Source: Pristiophorus japonicus
Taxonomy: Eukaryota
Reading direction: 5' to 3'
Length of the DNA stretch: 64,000 nt
NCBI RefSeq assembly: GCF_044704955.1
Contig: NC_091984.1
Span: 147,622,001-147,686,000 of the forward strand
In this document: positions 36,682 to 49,045 of the stretch, piece by piece
Numbering within the stretch: the stretch's first letter is position 1
How the letters are laid out: every line of letters begins with the position of its first letter
Program-made: the position numbers and the translations under genes
The notes under the pieces: model-generated
The model's input: the letters and a program-made list of their open reading frames with translations, nothing else
The model's database searches: none
What the model was told of the DNA's origin: nothing

Positions 36682-38865
36682 CTATTACGAATTCATCCAC
36701 CTTATTACAAATACTCTTTGCATTAAGACACAAAGCCTTCAGGTTTGTATTTTTAATATCCTTTGTCCTTTTAGAATTATGATGTCGTGTGGCCCTTTTT
36801 GTTTCTTGCCTTTGTTTACTCGGTTATGTTCCAACAAATTGCTTTTTCTGTATAACCTCTGTAAACGTTTAGTGCTAGCTTGCGATTCATCTTCGTACGG
36901 GGTCGGGTGTGTGTTACAACAAGTAAACGAATCGGGTAAAATGCAACCAGTCCCCTATGCGTTCAGGAGTTTGTCCAAGGCCGAAAGCATGATTGAAAAA
37001 GAAACTCTGGCATGCGATTACCGGGTGGAAAAAATGCACCAGTATCTGTTTGGTCTCAAGTTTGAGTTAAAAACTGACCATAAGCCAATCATATCGCTAT
37101 TCTAAGAGAGCAAAGGGATTAATACCAATGCCTCTGACGGCAATCAAAGATGGGCGCTCACGCTGTCTGCATATAACTATGTAATCTGCCACAGACCAGG
37201 CACAGAGAACTGCGCTGATGCTCTCAGTCAGCTACCATTGCCCACCACCGGGGTGGAAATGGCACAGCCTGCAGAATTGCTCTTGGTGATGGATGCATTT
37301 GAAAGTGAAATGTCACCCGTTACGGCCCGCCAAATCAGGACCTGGACCAGCCAGGATCCTTTACTGTCCCTTGTAAAAAAACTGTGTGCTCCATGAGAGC
37401 TGGTCCAGTGTCCCATCGGAGATGCATGAAGAGATCAAGCTATTCTAGTGGCGCAAAGATGACATGTCCATACAGGTGGACTGTCTTTTGTGAGGCAATC
37501 ACATGGTTTTGCCTAAGAAAGGCAGAGAAACATTCTTCGGCGACCTACATATTACCCATCCAGGAATAGTAATGATGAAAGCTATAGCCAGATCCCATCT
37601 GTGGTGGCCCGGCATCGACTCTGATTTGGAGTCATGTGTGCGCCAATGCAACACTTGCTCTCAACTGAGCAATGCACCTAGAGAGTCACCGCTAAGTTTG
37701 TGGTCATGGCTCTCCAAACCGTGGTCTCGGATCCACGTTGACTTTGCGGGCCCATTTCTAGGCAAAATGTTTTGGTTGTTGTGAATGTTTATTCAAAATG
37801 GATTGAGTGTGTAATAATGTCTGTAAGCATGTCCACTGCCACCATCGAAAGCCTATGAGCCATGTTCACCATGCACGGCCTGCATGTTGTCCTTGTCAGC
37901 GACAATGGGCCATGCTTCACCAGTGCTGAATTCAAGGAATTCATGACCCGCAATGGAATTAAGCACGTCACATCTGCCCGTTCAAGCCCGCATCCAATGG
38001 CCAGGCAGAATGGGCAGTTCAGACCATCAAGCAAAACTTGAAACGTGTGTTGGAAGGCTCCCTGCAAACCCACCTGTCCCGAGTCCTGCTCAGCTACCGC
38101 ACCAGACTCCACTCGCTCACTGCGGTTCCCCCAGCTGAGCTGCTCATGAAAAGGGCGCTCAAAACAAGGCTCACTCTTGTCCACCCTGATCTCCATGATC
38201 ACATCGAGAGCTGTCGACATCAACAGAGCATGTACCATGATCGCGTAAACTTGTCACGTGATATTGAAGTTAATGACCATGTATTTGTACCCAACTATGG
38301 ACTTGGTCCCAAATGGCTTGCTGGCACCATCATCGGCAAAGAAGGGAGTAGGGTGTTTCAGGTCAAACTGGCTAATGGACTAACTTGCAGAAAGCATTTG
38401 AACCAAACCAAACTGCGATTCACAAACAGCCATGAGCAACCTGAAGAGGACACCACCAACTTCGACCCTCCAACACACACACACAAGTGGCAACAGACAT
38501 CACAGTCGACCACGAAGCTGAACTCACCATCCCCAGAAACCCGGCAAGGCCAGCTGCAGAGCAGCCCAGCGAAGAACCAACCAACTCACCCACACCTACA
38601 TTTGTACCGAGACGATCGACAAGGGAGCGAAAAGCCTTTGGGAGGGAGTGATGTTATGTAGGTAACCCTTGGCAACCTGTATCATACCACCACCAGAGGG
38701 CCTACCTGTTGGAGTCCCAAGCGATCCCAGAATCCCTTGGGAGCACTGTATATAAGCAGGCCTCCCACGCTGTAGCGATACTCTGGAGTTTGAATAAAGG
38801 AGCTAAGGTCGCACTTACTCATTGTCTACAGTACTTAGTTACATCACTTTATTATGAGCATAACA

Positions 38866-39530
38866 AGGAACATACCATTATTGTCCCTTGGGGGGCGGGG
38901 GGGTGGGGGTTGAATGGGGTGAGGGAGAGGTGAGGAACATACCATTACTGTCCCAAGGCGGGAGAGGGAGAGGTGAGGAACATACCATTATTGTCCCCGG
39001 GGGGCGTGGGGGGGGGGGGGTGCGGCGGCAGGGGCGAGGATGAGGTGAGGAACAAACCATTATTGCCGCCGGGGGCGGGGAGGAGGGGGGGGAGAGGTTG
39101 AGGTGAGGAACATACCATTGTTTCACCATTGGGGGAGAGGGAGAGATGAGGAACATACCATTGCTGTCCCTGGTGGGGAAGAGGGAGTGGTGAGGAACAT
39201 ACCATTATTGTCCCCAGGGGGTGAAAGGAGGCAGAGCGCTGAGGAACATAACATTATCGTTCCCGGGGGTGGTGGGGAGAGGAAGGAGAGGGGAGGAACA
39301 AACCATTATTTTCCCCAGGGTGAATGGGGAGAGAAGATGGAGATGTGCGGAACCTACCATTATTGTCCCTGGGTGTGGGAGAGGTGAGGAACATACCATT
39401 ATTGTCACCATTGGGGGAGAGCGAGAGGGAGAGGTGAGGAACATACCCTTATTTTTCCCGGGTGTGGGGGGTGGAGGAGAGGAAAAGGACAGGTGAGGAA
39501 CATAGCATTATTGTCCCCGAGGTGAGGAAT
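38866..39530. repeat. G-rich ~45-bp minisatellite, right part
   Basis: About 14 units of GAGGTGAGGAACATACCATTATTGTCCC plus G-runs. Confidence 0.9.
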
Positions 39531-40611
39531 TGTAGCACCAGCTTTCTGGCCATTTCTATCAACAATACTTTAAATCCTTAAATCCAAATCCCCAAGAAAG
39601 AACTGTACTGTTTGTCGAGCTTGTGGGGGTGGCACTGAGGTGCATTCATATACAACCAGACATTTCACACTGACAGGCTGGGTGGCAGGGAACCCAGGCC
39701 CATTGATGTCATCACCATCTAAAGTGATTCCTGGGAACAATATCCTGAGAGGTAACTCAGAGACACTGTGCCTTCGCATTGTTAAAGCACAGTCACCACT
39801 CAGTCCCAACCCAAACTGGTGCAAGGCAGGAAATGGCCGGCCCATTGTCTTCCAGGAGATAAGCCGGTTAAGCAAGATCGGTTTGTGATCGAAACCCATT
39901 ACCTGCTAATGGAGGCCATCAACTCAGGAAACGACAGACATCCAGTAATCAGCACCCATTGTCTCTCCAGAGAGCAAGGCCTGGGAGCGGGAAAACAAAA
40001 TATAATTTTTCACAAAGATTTCAAAGGCTACGAGCCACTCCAGGCCACGGGGGGAGGGGGTCCAGACAGATCACCGGAGTCAATCTATCGGTCAGTATTG
40101 GAGGGAGGAAAGGTGATGAGTTTTGGGGATATAAGGAGCCGCTTTGCAACAAGCTCCAGCTCAGGAGGAAGAAAGCTCCGGAAAAAGCTCAGGAAAAAGC
40201 CCAGGAAAAAGCCCAGGAGTGAGACGTTCAGGAAGAAGCTGTAAGCAAGACAACGGGCAATCAGGGTGAACATATTGCCTGCACCTACACATCCACAAGA
40301 CCACTTAGCTGTGTGAGGGGGTGATTGTAAGTCCCAACCAAACCCAAGTGGTTTAGTACTGGGGGGGGTCCTGTGTTAGTTTATTTCACGGGAAGGTTCT
40401 TTTATTAAGTCGTGGTAACTTAGCACGGCAGGGCTTATTGGACAAGCCAGGGTTGTACTGTTTTGCACTGTTTATGAGTGGTGTTGTTAATCTTATTTAA
40501 CACAATACGGTTGAGCCTGAAAAACGTGAGTCCGTGTCTGATCTGTCCATATAATCCCTATATTCCAGAACTTGTAGTAGGAGGTGCGTTATCGGTACGC
40601 CCAAGAAAACA
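39531..40611 (+). repeat. Putative solo LTR of an unidentified family
   Basis: TG...CA-bounded non-coding 1.08-kb block; GATATAAG at ~40128 followed by 12-bp AGGAAAAAGCYC repeats; no TSD and no second copy. Confidence 0.4.
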
Positions 40612-41224
40612 AGCACCCCCTCAGTACTGCCCCTCCAACAGCGCAGCGCTCCCTCAGTACTGACCCTCCGACAGTGCAACACTCCCTCAGTACTGCTCTC
40701 TGACAGAGCAGCACTCCCTCAGAACTGACCCTCCGACAGTGCAACACTCCCTCAGTACTGCCCATCCAACAGTACAGCATTCCCTCAGTACTGCCCCTCT
40801 GACAGTGCAGCACTCCCTCAGTACTGCCCATCTGACAGTGCGGCACTCCCTCAGGATTGCCCCTCTGATGTGCAGCACTCCCTCAGTACTGCCCCTCTGA
40901 CCGTGCGGCACTCCTTCAGGACTGCACCTCTGACAGTGCAGCACTCCCTGAGTAATGCCCCTCTGACAGTCCGGCACTCCCTCAATACTGCCCATCCGAC
41001 AGTGCAGCACTCTCTCAGTACTGCACCTCCGACAGTGCAGAACTCCCTCAGAACTGCCCCTCTGACAATGCAGCACTCCCTCAGTACTGCCCCTCTGACA
41101 GTCCGGCACTCCCTCAGGACTGCCCCTCTGACAGTGCAGCACTCCCTCAGTACTGCCCCTCTGACAGTGCAGCACTCCTTCAGTACTGCCCCTCTGACAG
41201 TGCAGCACTCCCTCAGGACTGCAC
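40612..41224. repeat. 33-bp tandem repeat (CAGTACTGCCCCTCTGACAGTGCAGCACTCCCT)n
   Basis: About 18 units; source of the STEGVLHCQRG-type spurious ORFs. Confidence 0.92.
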
Positions 41225-41320
41225 AGTAGTGTATGTCTTTATTTTGCACTCGGGTTCCTGGAGTGGGGCTTGAACCCACGATACAACATTGCATCACTGG
41301 ATGCCACACAGTCTGAGCTG
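41225..41320 (-). mobile_element. tRNA-derived SINE head (Deu-SINE-like) running into the 33-bp array
   Basis: B-box-like GGGTTCAAGCCC at ~41266-41277 on the minus strand, followed by GTGCAGTCCTGAGGGAGTGCTGCACTGTC. Confidence 0.55.
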
Positions 41321-41519
41321 TGAGTCATATCCCGACCTCAGTTGGAACAGCTAACTCAGAACAAACAACAACAGCAACTTTTATACAGCACCTTTAACAC
41401 AGTAAAACTCCCCGAGCGCTTCACAGGAGCGTTATAGAATAAAGATTGACAGCGAGCCACGGAAGGAGACATTGAAATTTGCAGCTCAGCCAAATTGTGA
41501 GGGAAATTGTCAATGCTGT

Positions 41520-41780
41520 CTTCATACCAAAAGGGGGCGATGTTGCTTCTGAAAAGACCAAATTTTTGACAATTTCTGTGTCACTCAATTGATTGGTTTG
41601 TAAAACCCGTTTGTACAAAATCTCCAGTCAGGTTTGCAGAATCATTTCCAGTTCCCCACGTGTCATTTGATGGTGGATCTCAGCGTGTATCTCCTCGTCC
41701 GCTCGCGAGGCGGTGTCTCAGACCGATTGGTGGGTCAGCAGCCACTCCACACTGCAGCGAGCATCGGCAGGCCATTCCAC
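41520..41780 (-). pseudogene. Possible very old Harbinger DDE transposase remnant
   Basis: EWLLTH...DEEIHAEIHHQMTR resembles WLLTP...ERRYNxxHxxTR. Confidence 0.3.
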
Positions 41781-41899
41781 TGTGGGAGGCCTCACCACGG
41801 AGCTCGGTGCATGGGGTATATCCACACAGAGACCGTTTGCCGCCAGGTACAGCAGCAACAACCTGCATTGCTATAGCAACTGGAACATTAGAGCAACAT

Positions 41900-42402
41900 C
41901 CCGAGGCAGCTGACAGAGGCATAATCTGGTCAAAGTGGTGCTGAGCCAAAGGGGGAGAGGCTAGGAGGGTGATCAAAACCCTCAGTCACAGATTGGGTTT
42001 GAAGGGAGGTCTTAAAAGAGGAGAGAGGTGGAGTGGCAGAGAGGTTTAGAGAGCAGGGAGTTAGGGCCCAGGCAGCTGAAGGCACGGTCCCCAATGGAGG
42101 GGGAAGGGAAGGGGAGGATGGATAAGAAGCCTGAGCCAGATACAGCGGCCCCTGAACACAACAACAACTTGCATTTATATACAGGAAGGAGTGTGAAATA
42201 TTCGATGAAATTCATAGTGAGAGAGGAAGGATTAAGGGGCTTAGCAGCTTTGAAAGTGGATAAATCCCGAGGCCCAGATGAAAAGTATCCCAGGCTGTTA
42301 AGAGAAACAAAAGAGGAAGTAGCGGAGGCTCTGGCCCTTATTTTCCAATCCTCTCTGACTACAGGTGTGGTGCCAGAGGACCGGTGGACTGCTAATGTTG
42401 TA
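41900..42402. mobile_element. Patchwork of L2 3' fragments (-) and a CR1 fragment (+, ~42215-42402)
   Basis: IGDRAFSCLGP (L2); LKVDKSRGPD...WTANVV (CR1). Confidence 0.65.
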
Positions 42403-43154
42403 AATTTGTGTTATGTGTATATATATCGGAGGATGATGAAGAATTAGGGGTGCGCTTTGCCTCATTTAAAAAAAGACGACTTGCAGTCAAATCAGAAGAG
42501 ACTGCGGATGAGGGCGGAACCAAAAAAACAAAGAGAAGGGTGTATGCAGAATACTTAGTTCATGATCCGGCAGACTCAGAGAAAATTGATAAATGATCCA
42601 AGGAATTGCCCAATCCAAAGAAAGGGGGAGTAGAAACGTGGGACCAATTGGACCGCTTAAGAAATATATATCAACTTCATCCCTGGGACGGAGTGCAAAT
42701 TTTGACTATAATGGTGCCAAAAACACAGGTGTGGTGCCAGAGGACCGGTGGACTGCTAATGTTGTAAATTTGTGTTATGTGTTTTTATATCGGAGGATGA
42801 TGAAGAATTAGGGGTGCGCTTTGCCTCATTTAAAAAAAGACGACTTGTAGTCAAATCAGAAGAGACTGCGGGAGTTAGGGCCCAGGCAGCTGGGCCCTAA
42901 CTCCAATTAGATCGGTATATGGGAGCTAAAGTCCGAGCTGTACAGGCTATGGGATGGAAATCCCAGGATTCCGATAAACAGTCATTAGGAAAATTACCCG
43001 GAAAATGTCATTATTGTGGGAAAGAAGGTCACTGGGCCAAGACGTGCAGGGCAAAACAGCAAGGTCGTGGCTGGGGAAGAGGACGCAGCCAGGGATACAA
43101 TTCAGCCAACAAGCCAGGCTTGTCACAAGCTAACGACCTCATAGAAGCAATTAA

Positions 43155-46100
43155 GTGACTGACAGTACAACAGCAGAAGGAGTTACTTGGGATAGCAAAA
43201 AACGATTAGAGCCCACCCTGGCCCCCCTCCTCACACTAATACAACAAAGGGGAGATGGGCTATATATAACTGTGAGGGTGGGCGATAAGGATGTGGACTG
43301 TCTTTTAGACACAGGGGCGGAATTAACATGCTTACCCCTACAATATGGAGACTTTTTGCCGTTGGATGGTAGGGCACGTACAGCCTATGGAGTTGGGGGC
43401 CATAAAATGGAAATTAAAAGGACAACACCGGTACTTATAGGGCTGGGTCCACATGAACTAACCACGCCGGTCTGGATAGGCCCAGTAGATCAACTCCTTT
43501 TGGGAATGGACGTTCTAATCCAAATAGATTCATCGTTGCATTTCAAGGATGGTCGGGTGACATGGTCAATTAAAACTTTGAAGAAAGAAGAATTGAAGGA
43601 ACACCCGATATGGGCTAAAGATAAGAACGATTGTGGCCTACTCCAGATGGAGCCTGCGCCATTTACCGGGACCAAGCCTCCATGCACTAACAGTATCCCA
43701 TCAGTCCAACTGCCATCGTGGGAATCTTACCGGTTATTCAGCAATTGGAGAAACAAGGAGTGCTTATTAAAACGCATAGCTCCTCCAATAGCCCCGTGTG
43801 GCTGGTACAGAAATCGAATGAGACTTGGCGTTTGACTGTCGATTATAGGAAAGCTAACCAGTGTATTGATCAAAAAGCTCCTTTGGTCGCAGATCCCGGC
43901 ACCATTTTTAATGCCCTCAAACCGGAACATAAATATTTCTCGGTTATAGATATGGTCAACGGATTTTGGTCGGTGCCTCTGGCACCGGAGGTTCGACAGT
44001 GGTTTGCTTTCACGGTCCAAGGACAATAGTATACTTGGACCCGGTTACCGCAGGGTTTCCACAACAGCCCTACGGTATTCCACATGGCTTTACAAAGCCA
44101 TTTGCGAGAATTACCTCCCCTGTCATCCACAGTCATCCAATATGTAGACGATATCCTGCTGGCTTCAAACACGGAAGAACAGCATGAACAAGATTTATGA
44201 GCTTTGCTGGAACACCTTCGGCTGAAAGGACATAAAGCCAGCATCGACAAAGCACAAATATCCCAAGAAGTGGTTGTATACCTGGGACAAAAGATTTCAC
44301 AAGGAAAGAGAGAACTTACCCAGAATAGAACTGCAGCCATTCGGGCTGCTAAAAAACCCACCACTATTCAGGAACTAAGGTCTTTTTTGGGATTGTGTAA
44401 CTTTAACAGAAATTGGATTGACTCCTTCACACAGCTTGCTCAGCCACTGAATGATATTTTAAAGGGGAAACGTGCCTCTAAAGAAGCCAGCACCCTCACT
44501 AAGGAACAGCAAGAGGCCTTCCTGAGTTTGAAAAAGGTTTTGTGTTCAGCACCTGCTCTGGGAATCCCCGATGGTGGTAAGCCCTTTACCCTGTTTGTTC
44601 ATGAGAAAGAAGGATATATGATAGCTATACTGACACAAGAACATGGGGATCGGCAAAGACCTATTGGCGATTATTCGTCAAAACTGGATGCGGTAGCCCT
44701 CAGATGGGGAAGTTGCCTAAGGGCTATGGAAGCTACATGTCGAGCGGTAATGATCACTGCGGGTCTAGTCCTCGACCAAAAGCTGATTGTCAAGTGTCCC
44801 CACACCGTACACGCTTTGCTGTCTATGAATAGAATATCTCAGTTGACAGCAGCAAGATGGACCCGCTGGACAGCAGTTTTGGAAGCTCCAAATTTCCATA
44901 TCGTCCGGGCCAGCCCGGTTAATCTCGCAACTATGCTCCCGATGTCAGAATCGACGGAGCAAGAGCGGGGAGAATGTGAAGAGCATGACTGCGTGGAGAT
45001 TTTAAAAGAAACAGAAGAAGCAGCCTTAGCAGCAGAGGAGTCTCTGCACAACCCAGACCTCATCCTGTTTACAGATGGTTCCTCCTTTGTTGACAATGGT
45101 ACCAGAAAAGCAGGATGGGCAGTTACAACCTTATATGAGGTAGTGGCAAAAGGACGTTTACCCTCAGGAATGTCAGCAAAACAGGCCGAGTTACTGGCCC
45201 TGTCAGAAGCATGTCGAATAGCAGAAGGACAGACAGCTAATGTCGACACAGATTCGCGTTATGCTTTTGGAGTCGCTCACGACTTTGGTATGTTATGGCG
45301 GAAAAGAGGATTCCTCACTGCTGCTGGTACACCTATCCGAAATGGAAAAGAAGTCCGAGACTTACTGGAGGCCATACAATTACCTCAGGAAGTGTCCATC
45401 CTGAAGTGTAAGGCAAATACTAAGGAAAATACCACAGAAGCTCAGGGAAATGCCCTAGCCGACCAGGCAGCTAAAGATGCCGCCTCACAGGGCGTTCCCC
45501 CAGAAGAACCAACACAGATGTGCAGATTGAAAGCACTCAGGACTCTGACATGAGACCTTCAAACAATGCAAGGCGAGTGCTCCCGAGAGGAAAAATGGAC
45601 ATGGATTGAGGCAGGAATTAAGCTATGCGAAGATGGTGTCTGGAGACAAAGAGTTACCGACAAGCCAGTTGCGCCACAAGCGCTTATGCCTTTTTTAGCC
45701 CAACAGATCCACTCATGGGGACACTTGGCCTCACAACAGATGACGGCACGGCTCCAGAAAAGCTGGCGGGGTCGGGGATTTAAAAAACATGCCCAGCTGG
45801 TAACAGACCGCTGTGTGGTCTGCCAGAAAAATAATTCTGGACCCATCACGATAATGCGCCAACTGAGGCCCCCTGCCCCTGTCGGACCATTCCAGCATCT
45901 GCAGGTTGATTATATATCTCTTCCTTCATGCCAAGGATACACTAACATTCTAGTCATGGTCGACAGATTCTCTAGATGGGTAGAAGCTGTCCCAACTAAA
46001 AGAGCCACAGGCAATCACACTGCAAAGGTCTTGTGTAAGGATTACATTCCCCGATGGGGAGTCCCGAGTAGCATTGACTCAGATCAGGGAACACACTTCA

Positions 46101-46699
46101 CAGGTGCTGTCTGCCAAGACGTCTGTAGGTTACTGAACATTACGTGGGATTTACACTGTCCTTATCATCCACAATCATCAGGTCAAGTAGAGCGAATGAT
46201 TTGAACTCTGAAACAACGGCTTGCCAAATATCACCAAGAAGGAACACCATGGCCCCAGGCACTACCAATAGAGCTATGTAGCATTAGGGCAACCCCGAAC
46301 AGAACTACAGGTCTAAGCCCATTTGAAATTATAACAGGAAGACCCATGTCGCTGCCAGGAACTATCGATTTATGGAAAGCTGATGTTCACTTAATGAGTG
46401 ACACTTTGTTATCATACTGTCAGAACTTAACCAATGCTATTAGTTCTGTTTCCCGACAGGTATCGGCAGCTTGGGGTAATCCACCCGAAGGAGGACATGA
46501 CATCATCCCGGGAGTCTGGGTGTATGTGAAAAAGTTGCATAAAGAACCTTTGGGTGCCAAGTGGGAGGGACCTTATCAAGTGTTATTGAACACCCAGGCA
46601 GCTGTTAAAGTCCAAGGAAAGAAAGCCTAGATCCACGCTTCATACATTAAACGAGCACCCGTAACTGAAGCTGAAATAAGGACAATTACTTTTCGCTAA
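43155..46699 (+). pseudogene. pol: Retroviral pro-pol with stops and frameshifts
   Basis: ORFs 43155-43835, 43718-44029, 44204-45553, 45566-46204, 46346-46630. Confidence 0.9.
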
Positions 46700-46700
46700 A

Positions 46701-46957
46701 ATGTATAAATTTACTGTAGTATTGATTGTCGGTATTCTAGGCATAGGCCTACTTCTTACTAGCCGACCCTCTGCACCAAAGGGAAATAGTAGGGTAGCAA
46801 TGGAATTACATGTAAATATCTTTTACTTTTATATTGTTTGTTTATGTTGATTAAATGTTGTTGCGACCAGGCGGCTGTAGCTGCTGTCCCGCAGGGTAGA
46901 CACCTTGCAGATCCCAGCAGACCATCTGTACGTGGCACAGGGGTATGTTATGCTTAA
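46701..46957 (+). pseudogene. env: env remnant: signal peptide joined out of frame to the TM anchor end and cytoplasmic tail
   Basis: MYKFTVVLIVGILGIGLLLTS...ELHVN, then LLLYCLFMLIKCCCDQ...YA*. Confidence 0.6.
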
Positions 46958-47232
46958 GGAAAGGTTGTTTACTGGTTGAATTAAGATATTGATTTGGATT
47001 AAATTGGAATAAAGTTAATTAACCTACTAAAACCAGACTTCCATTGTGGCCACGATGGAACTCGGGTTGGTGTAAATTTGTGTGGAAGCTACTAGTCCGG
47101 ACATGTGGCGAAACACATCAACAAATTTTGGAAGGAAACTCTATTAACATGTATGAAATTATTTTGTAGAATATTTAACCAGTGATACCTGATGTTTTAT
47201 GATTCAGTTTGTGAAAGAATCAAATGGGGGAT

Positions 47233-47562
47233 TGATAGAGAATTCAAACAGGCTGCATTTAGACAGGCTGTGAAAAAACACAGGCCACATTGCATTAAGT
47301 CATCAATCAACTTGACATGTTCGGACCTTGGGTAGCGAGCCAATTAAAACGTTAAAAGACTTTCAATTGAGCCAATAAGGTCAAAGAAGGCGAGTTCTTT
47401 TCTGTAAATTGATCCAGGTATAAATACAGCCATTTTGACCATGTGGTTTCAGTAAGACAAAGAAACTGGCAATCAGCCAGCAGCTTGTTACTCTCTGCCA
47501 AGATCAAAAAGTTAAAACTACCATCGGAGTTCGTATTTCATTGGAAATTAAGAGATCTAACA
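47233..47562 (+). repeat. 3' LTR (330 bp) of the epsilon-like ERV
   Basis: TGATAG...CTAACA after the PPT; TATAAA at ~47419. Confidence 0.8.
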
Positions 47563-48939
47563 AACACATTGAATAAATTGTCCAATTACAGTCTGTGGGG
47601 AAAAGAATACAGCTTAAACTCTAAATGGGGTAAAGAGGAGAATGCAGATACATTTACACAATTTATCCCAGCCTCCCTCCCCCAATTCCCCGAACTAACT
47701 CAGTTATAGCTCTGTGGGTTCAGGGGCCATGCTCACCAATCCCCTTTTTGACAGTTGCCAGTGAATCGCGGTTTCGGGGTTCGCTGCACTTGGCCTTCGA
47801 GGCGGAGAGGACTTCGGACTACGTAGTCTTCGGTTGGGGTGCGTCCGTTGATGTAGTAAGTTGCGTTTTGGATGTATGGGGTAAGTACCCACTTTCTTTG
47901 GTTAGGAATAGTTTAGTTAGTCCCTTTTGGTAATTTCTCACCCGTTGGTCGTTCCGAAGTAGATTGTAGAGTGGAAATAAATGTCGATTCTTATGTTTTT
48001 GCTGAGTTGGTTTTGGTTAGTCGTTTTGCTGGTTGTGGTGGCCCGGGTTGTCAATTTGGTTGCTGACAACCTTCCATTTCGTGGGCCTCGTGCTCAGTCG
48101 GTCCTTGATGATTTCTTGTAGTTTCCTTCACTACTCCATTTCTTCACTCCCCACCTCCAGCTGCTTGTGTCTGTCTGTGTTTGAGTCTGTGTCCTGCTGT
48201 TCGAGTCTGTGTCCTGCTTTCTGTGTTCTGTTCCTTGGCAAAACTTGGAATAGATATAACCCAAAAAAAAGGCTCCGTTATCTCCCATCAAATCTAGCTC
48301 AGTTCTTTGTTTCGATTTTTCAGCCAGCTAACTGAAACTTGATTAAGTGGTTTAAATCTGGTGTTAATAGGCTTTTCGAAGTTGGTGAGCTCTCCATTGT
48401 GCTAGTCTGGCCTGAGCCAGATATTTCTATGCCTGTTGAAAAGGTGTTGGAATATGTATGTAACATTTGGGTCCTCCGGGTGCGGTGATAAATGTTTCTT
48501 CCATCGTCGATTGTTTAAATGCGAATGTTTTCAAGGGGCAAGTTTCGAGGGTATACAGTTCCCAGACAATTTGATTAGTTCCAATGTCCAAACTGGCCCT
48601 TTAGATATTGACCCCACCCCTTTTCTTGCAGACCCAACATACACCTTTTAAAAATCCCAAATTCGATTCAAGTTCGTAGTTTCTTCCATGTGCACTTTAG
48701 GATTTCAAACTTTCTGGTAGTTTGTTCCAAATTAAATTCCCTTTCCTATGAGTCCAAACACTGCGGGGGGGTGTCTCCATGAATGCACCCCCTTTTATCC
48801 CCTGCATGCCTCGTCTTCCCCTTTAAAATTCATTTGTGTCCCAAAGTTTTCCTTCCATTTTAAAAGTCCAGAAAGGGATTCTTCTCCTCTGCAGGGGAAA
48901 GGTACCTGGAATCTTTGCAAGATATTGGTAAATTCTACA
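47563..48939 (-). repeat. Inverted, 3'-interrupted copy of the 1.5-kb LTR at 5333-6863
   Basis: Reverse complement of 5333-~6633; ORFs 48033-48335(+) and 5883-6146(-) are nearly identical. Confidence 0.92.
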
Positions 48940-49045
48940 AGACAATGGTTGGGAACAATGGCCAGGCCAGCCCAGGCCAGGCAAGGATGAAACATAACAC
49001 AACTGTAACTGTCACCAATATAAGTTCACGCAAAACGTTCATTTA

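Larger units (their letters stand above)
32273..36690 (-). mobile_element. Full-length CR1 LINE B (5' UTR, ORF1, ORF2 endonuclease-RT, tail), nested in CR1 A
   Basis: ORF1 pieces 36302-35512; ORF2 pieces 35278-34607, 34631-33087, 33008-32373; tail at 32273. Confidence 0.93.
28094..36822 (-). mobile_element. CR1 LINE A (ORF2 region), in pieces 28094-28249, 29605-32272, ~36690-36822
   Basis: Sequence is continuous across two nested inserts; GTTAT on both flanks (28089-28093, 36823-36827). Confidence 0.85.
25497..38865 (+). mobile_element. Gypsy LTR retrotransposon 2 (related to element 1), inflated by nested CR1 insertions
   Basis: LTRs 25497-25704 and 38652-38865; PBS-like CTGGTGACGAG; PPT GGGAGGGAG; gag-PR-RT to ~28093; RNase H-IN resumes at ~36823. 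Confidence 0.92.
42403..47562 (+). mobile_element. Epsilon-like (class I) endogenous retrovirus, 5' LTR lost, gag rearranged, env deleted
   Basis: Capsid-like SKELPNPKKGGVETW...YQLHPWD; CHYCGKEGHWAKTC; LLDTGA; YVDD; LFTDGSS; LQVDYI; WEGPY; PPT ATGGGGGAT then LTR. Confidence 0.88.

Noticed and set aside
38866-39530. CRISPR-like repeat-spacer array
   Set aside because: The conserved core alternates with low-complexity G-runs rather than unique spacers; vertebrate context with no cas genes.
40589-41309. Cys/His-rich repeat proteins (STEGVLHCQRG)
   Set aside because: Translation products of a 33-bp tandem repeat that is open in several frames.
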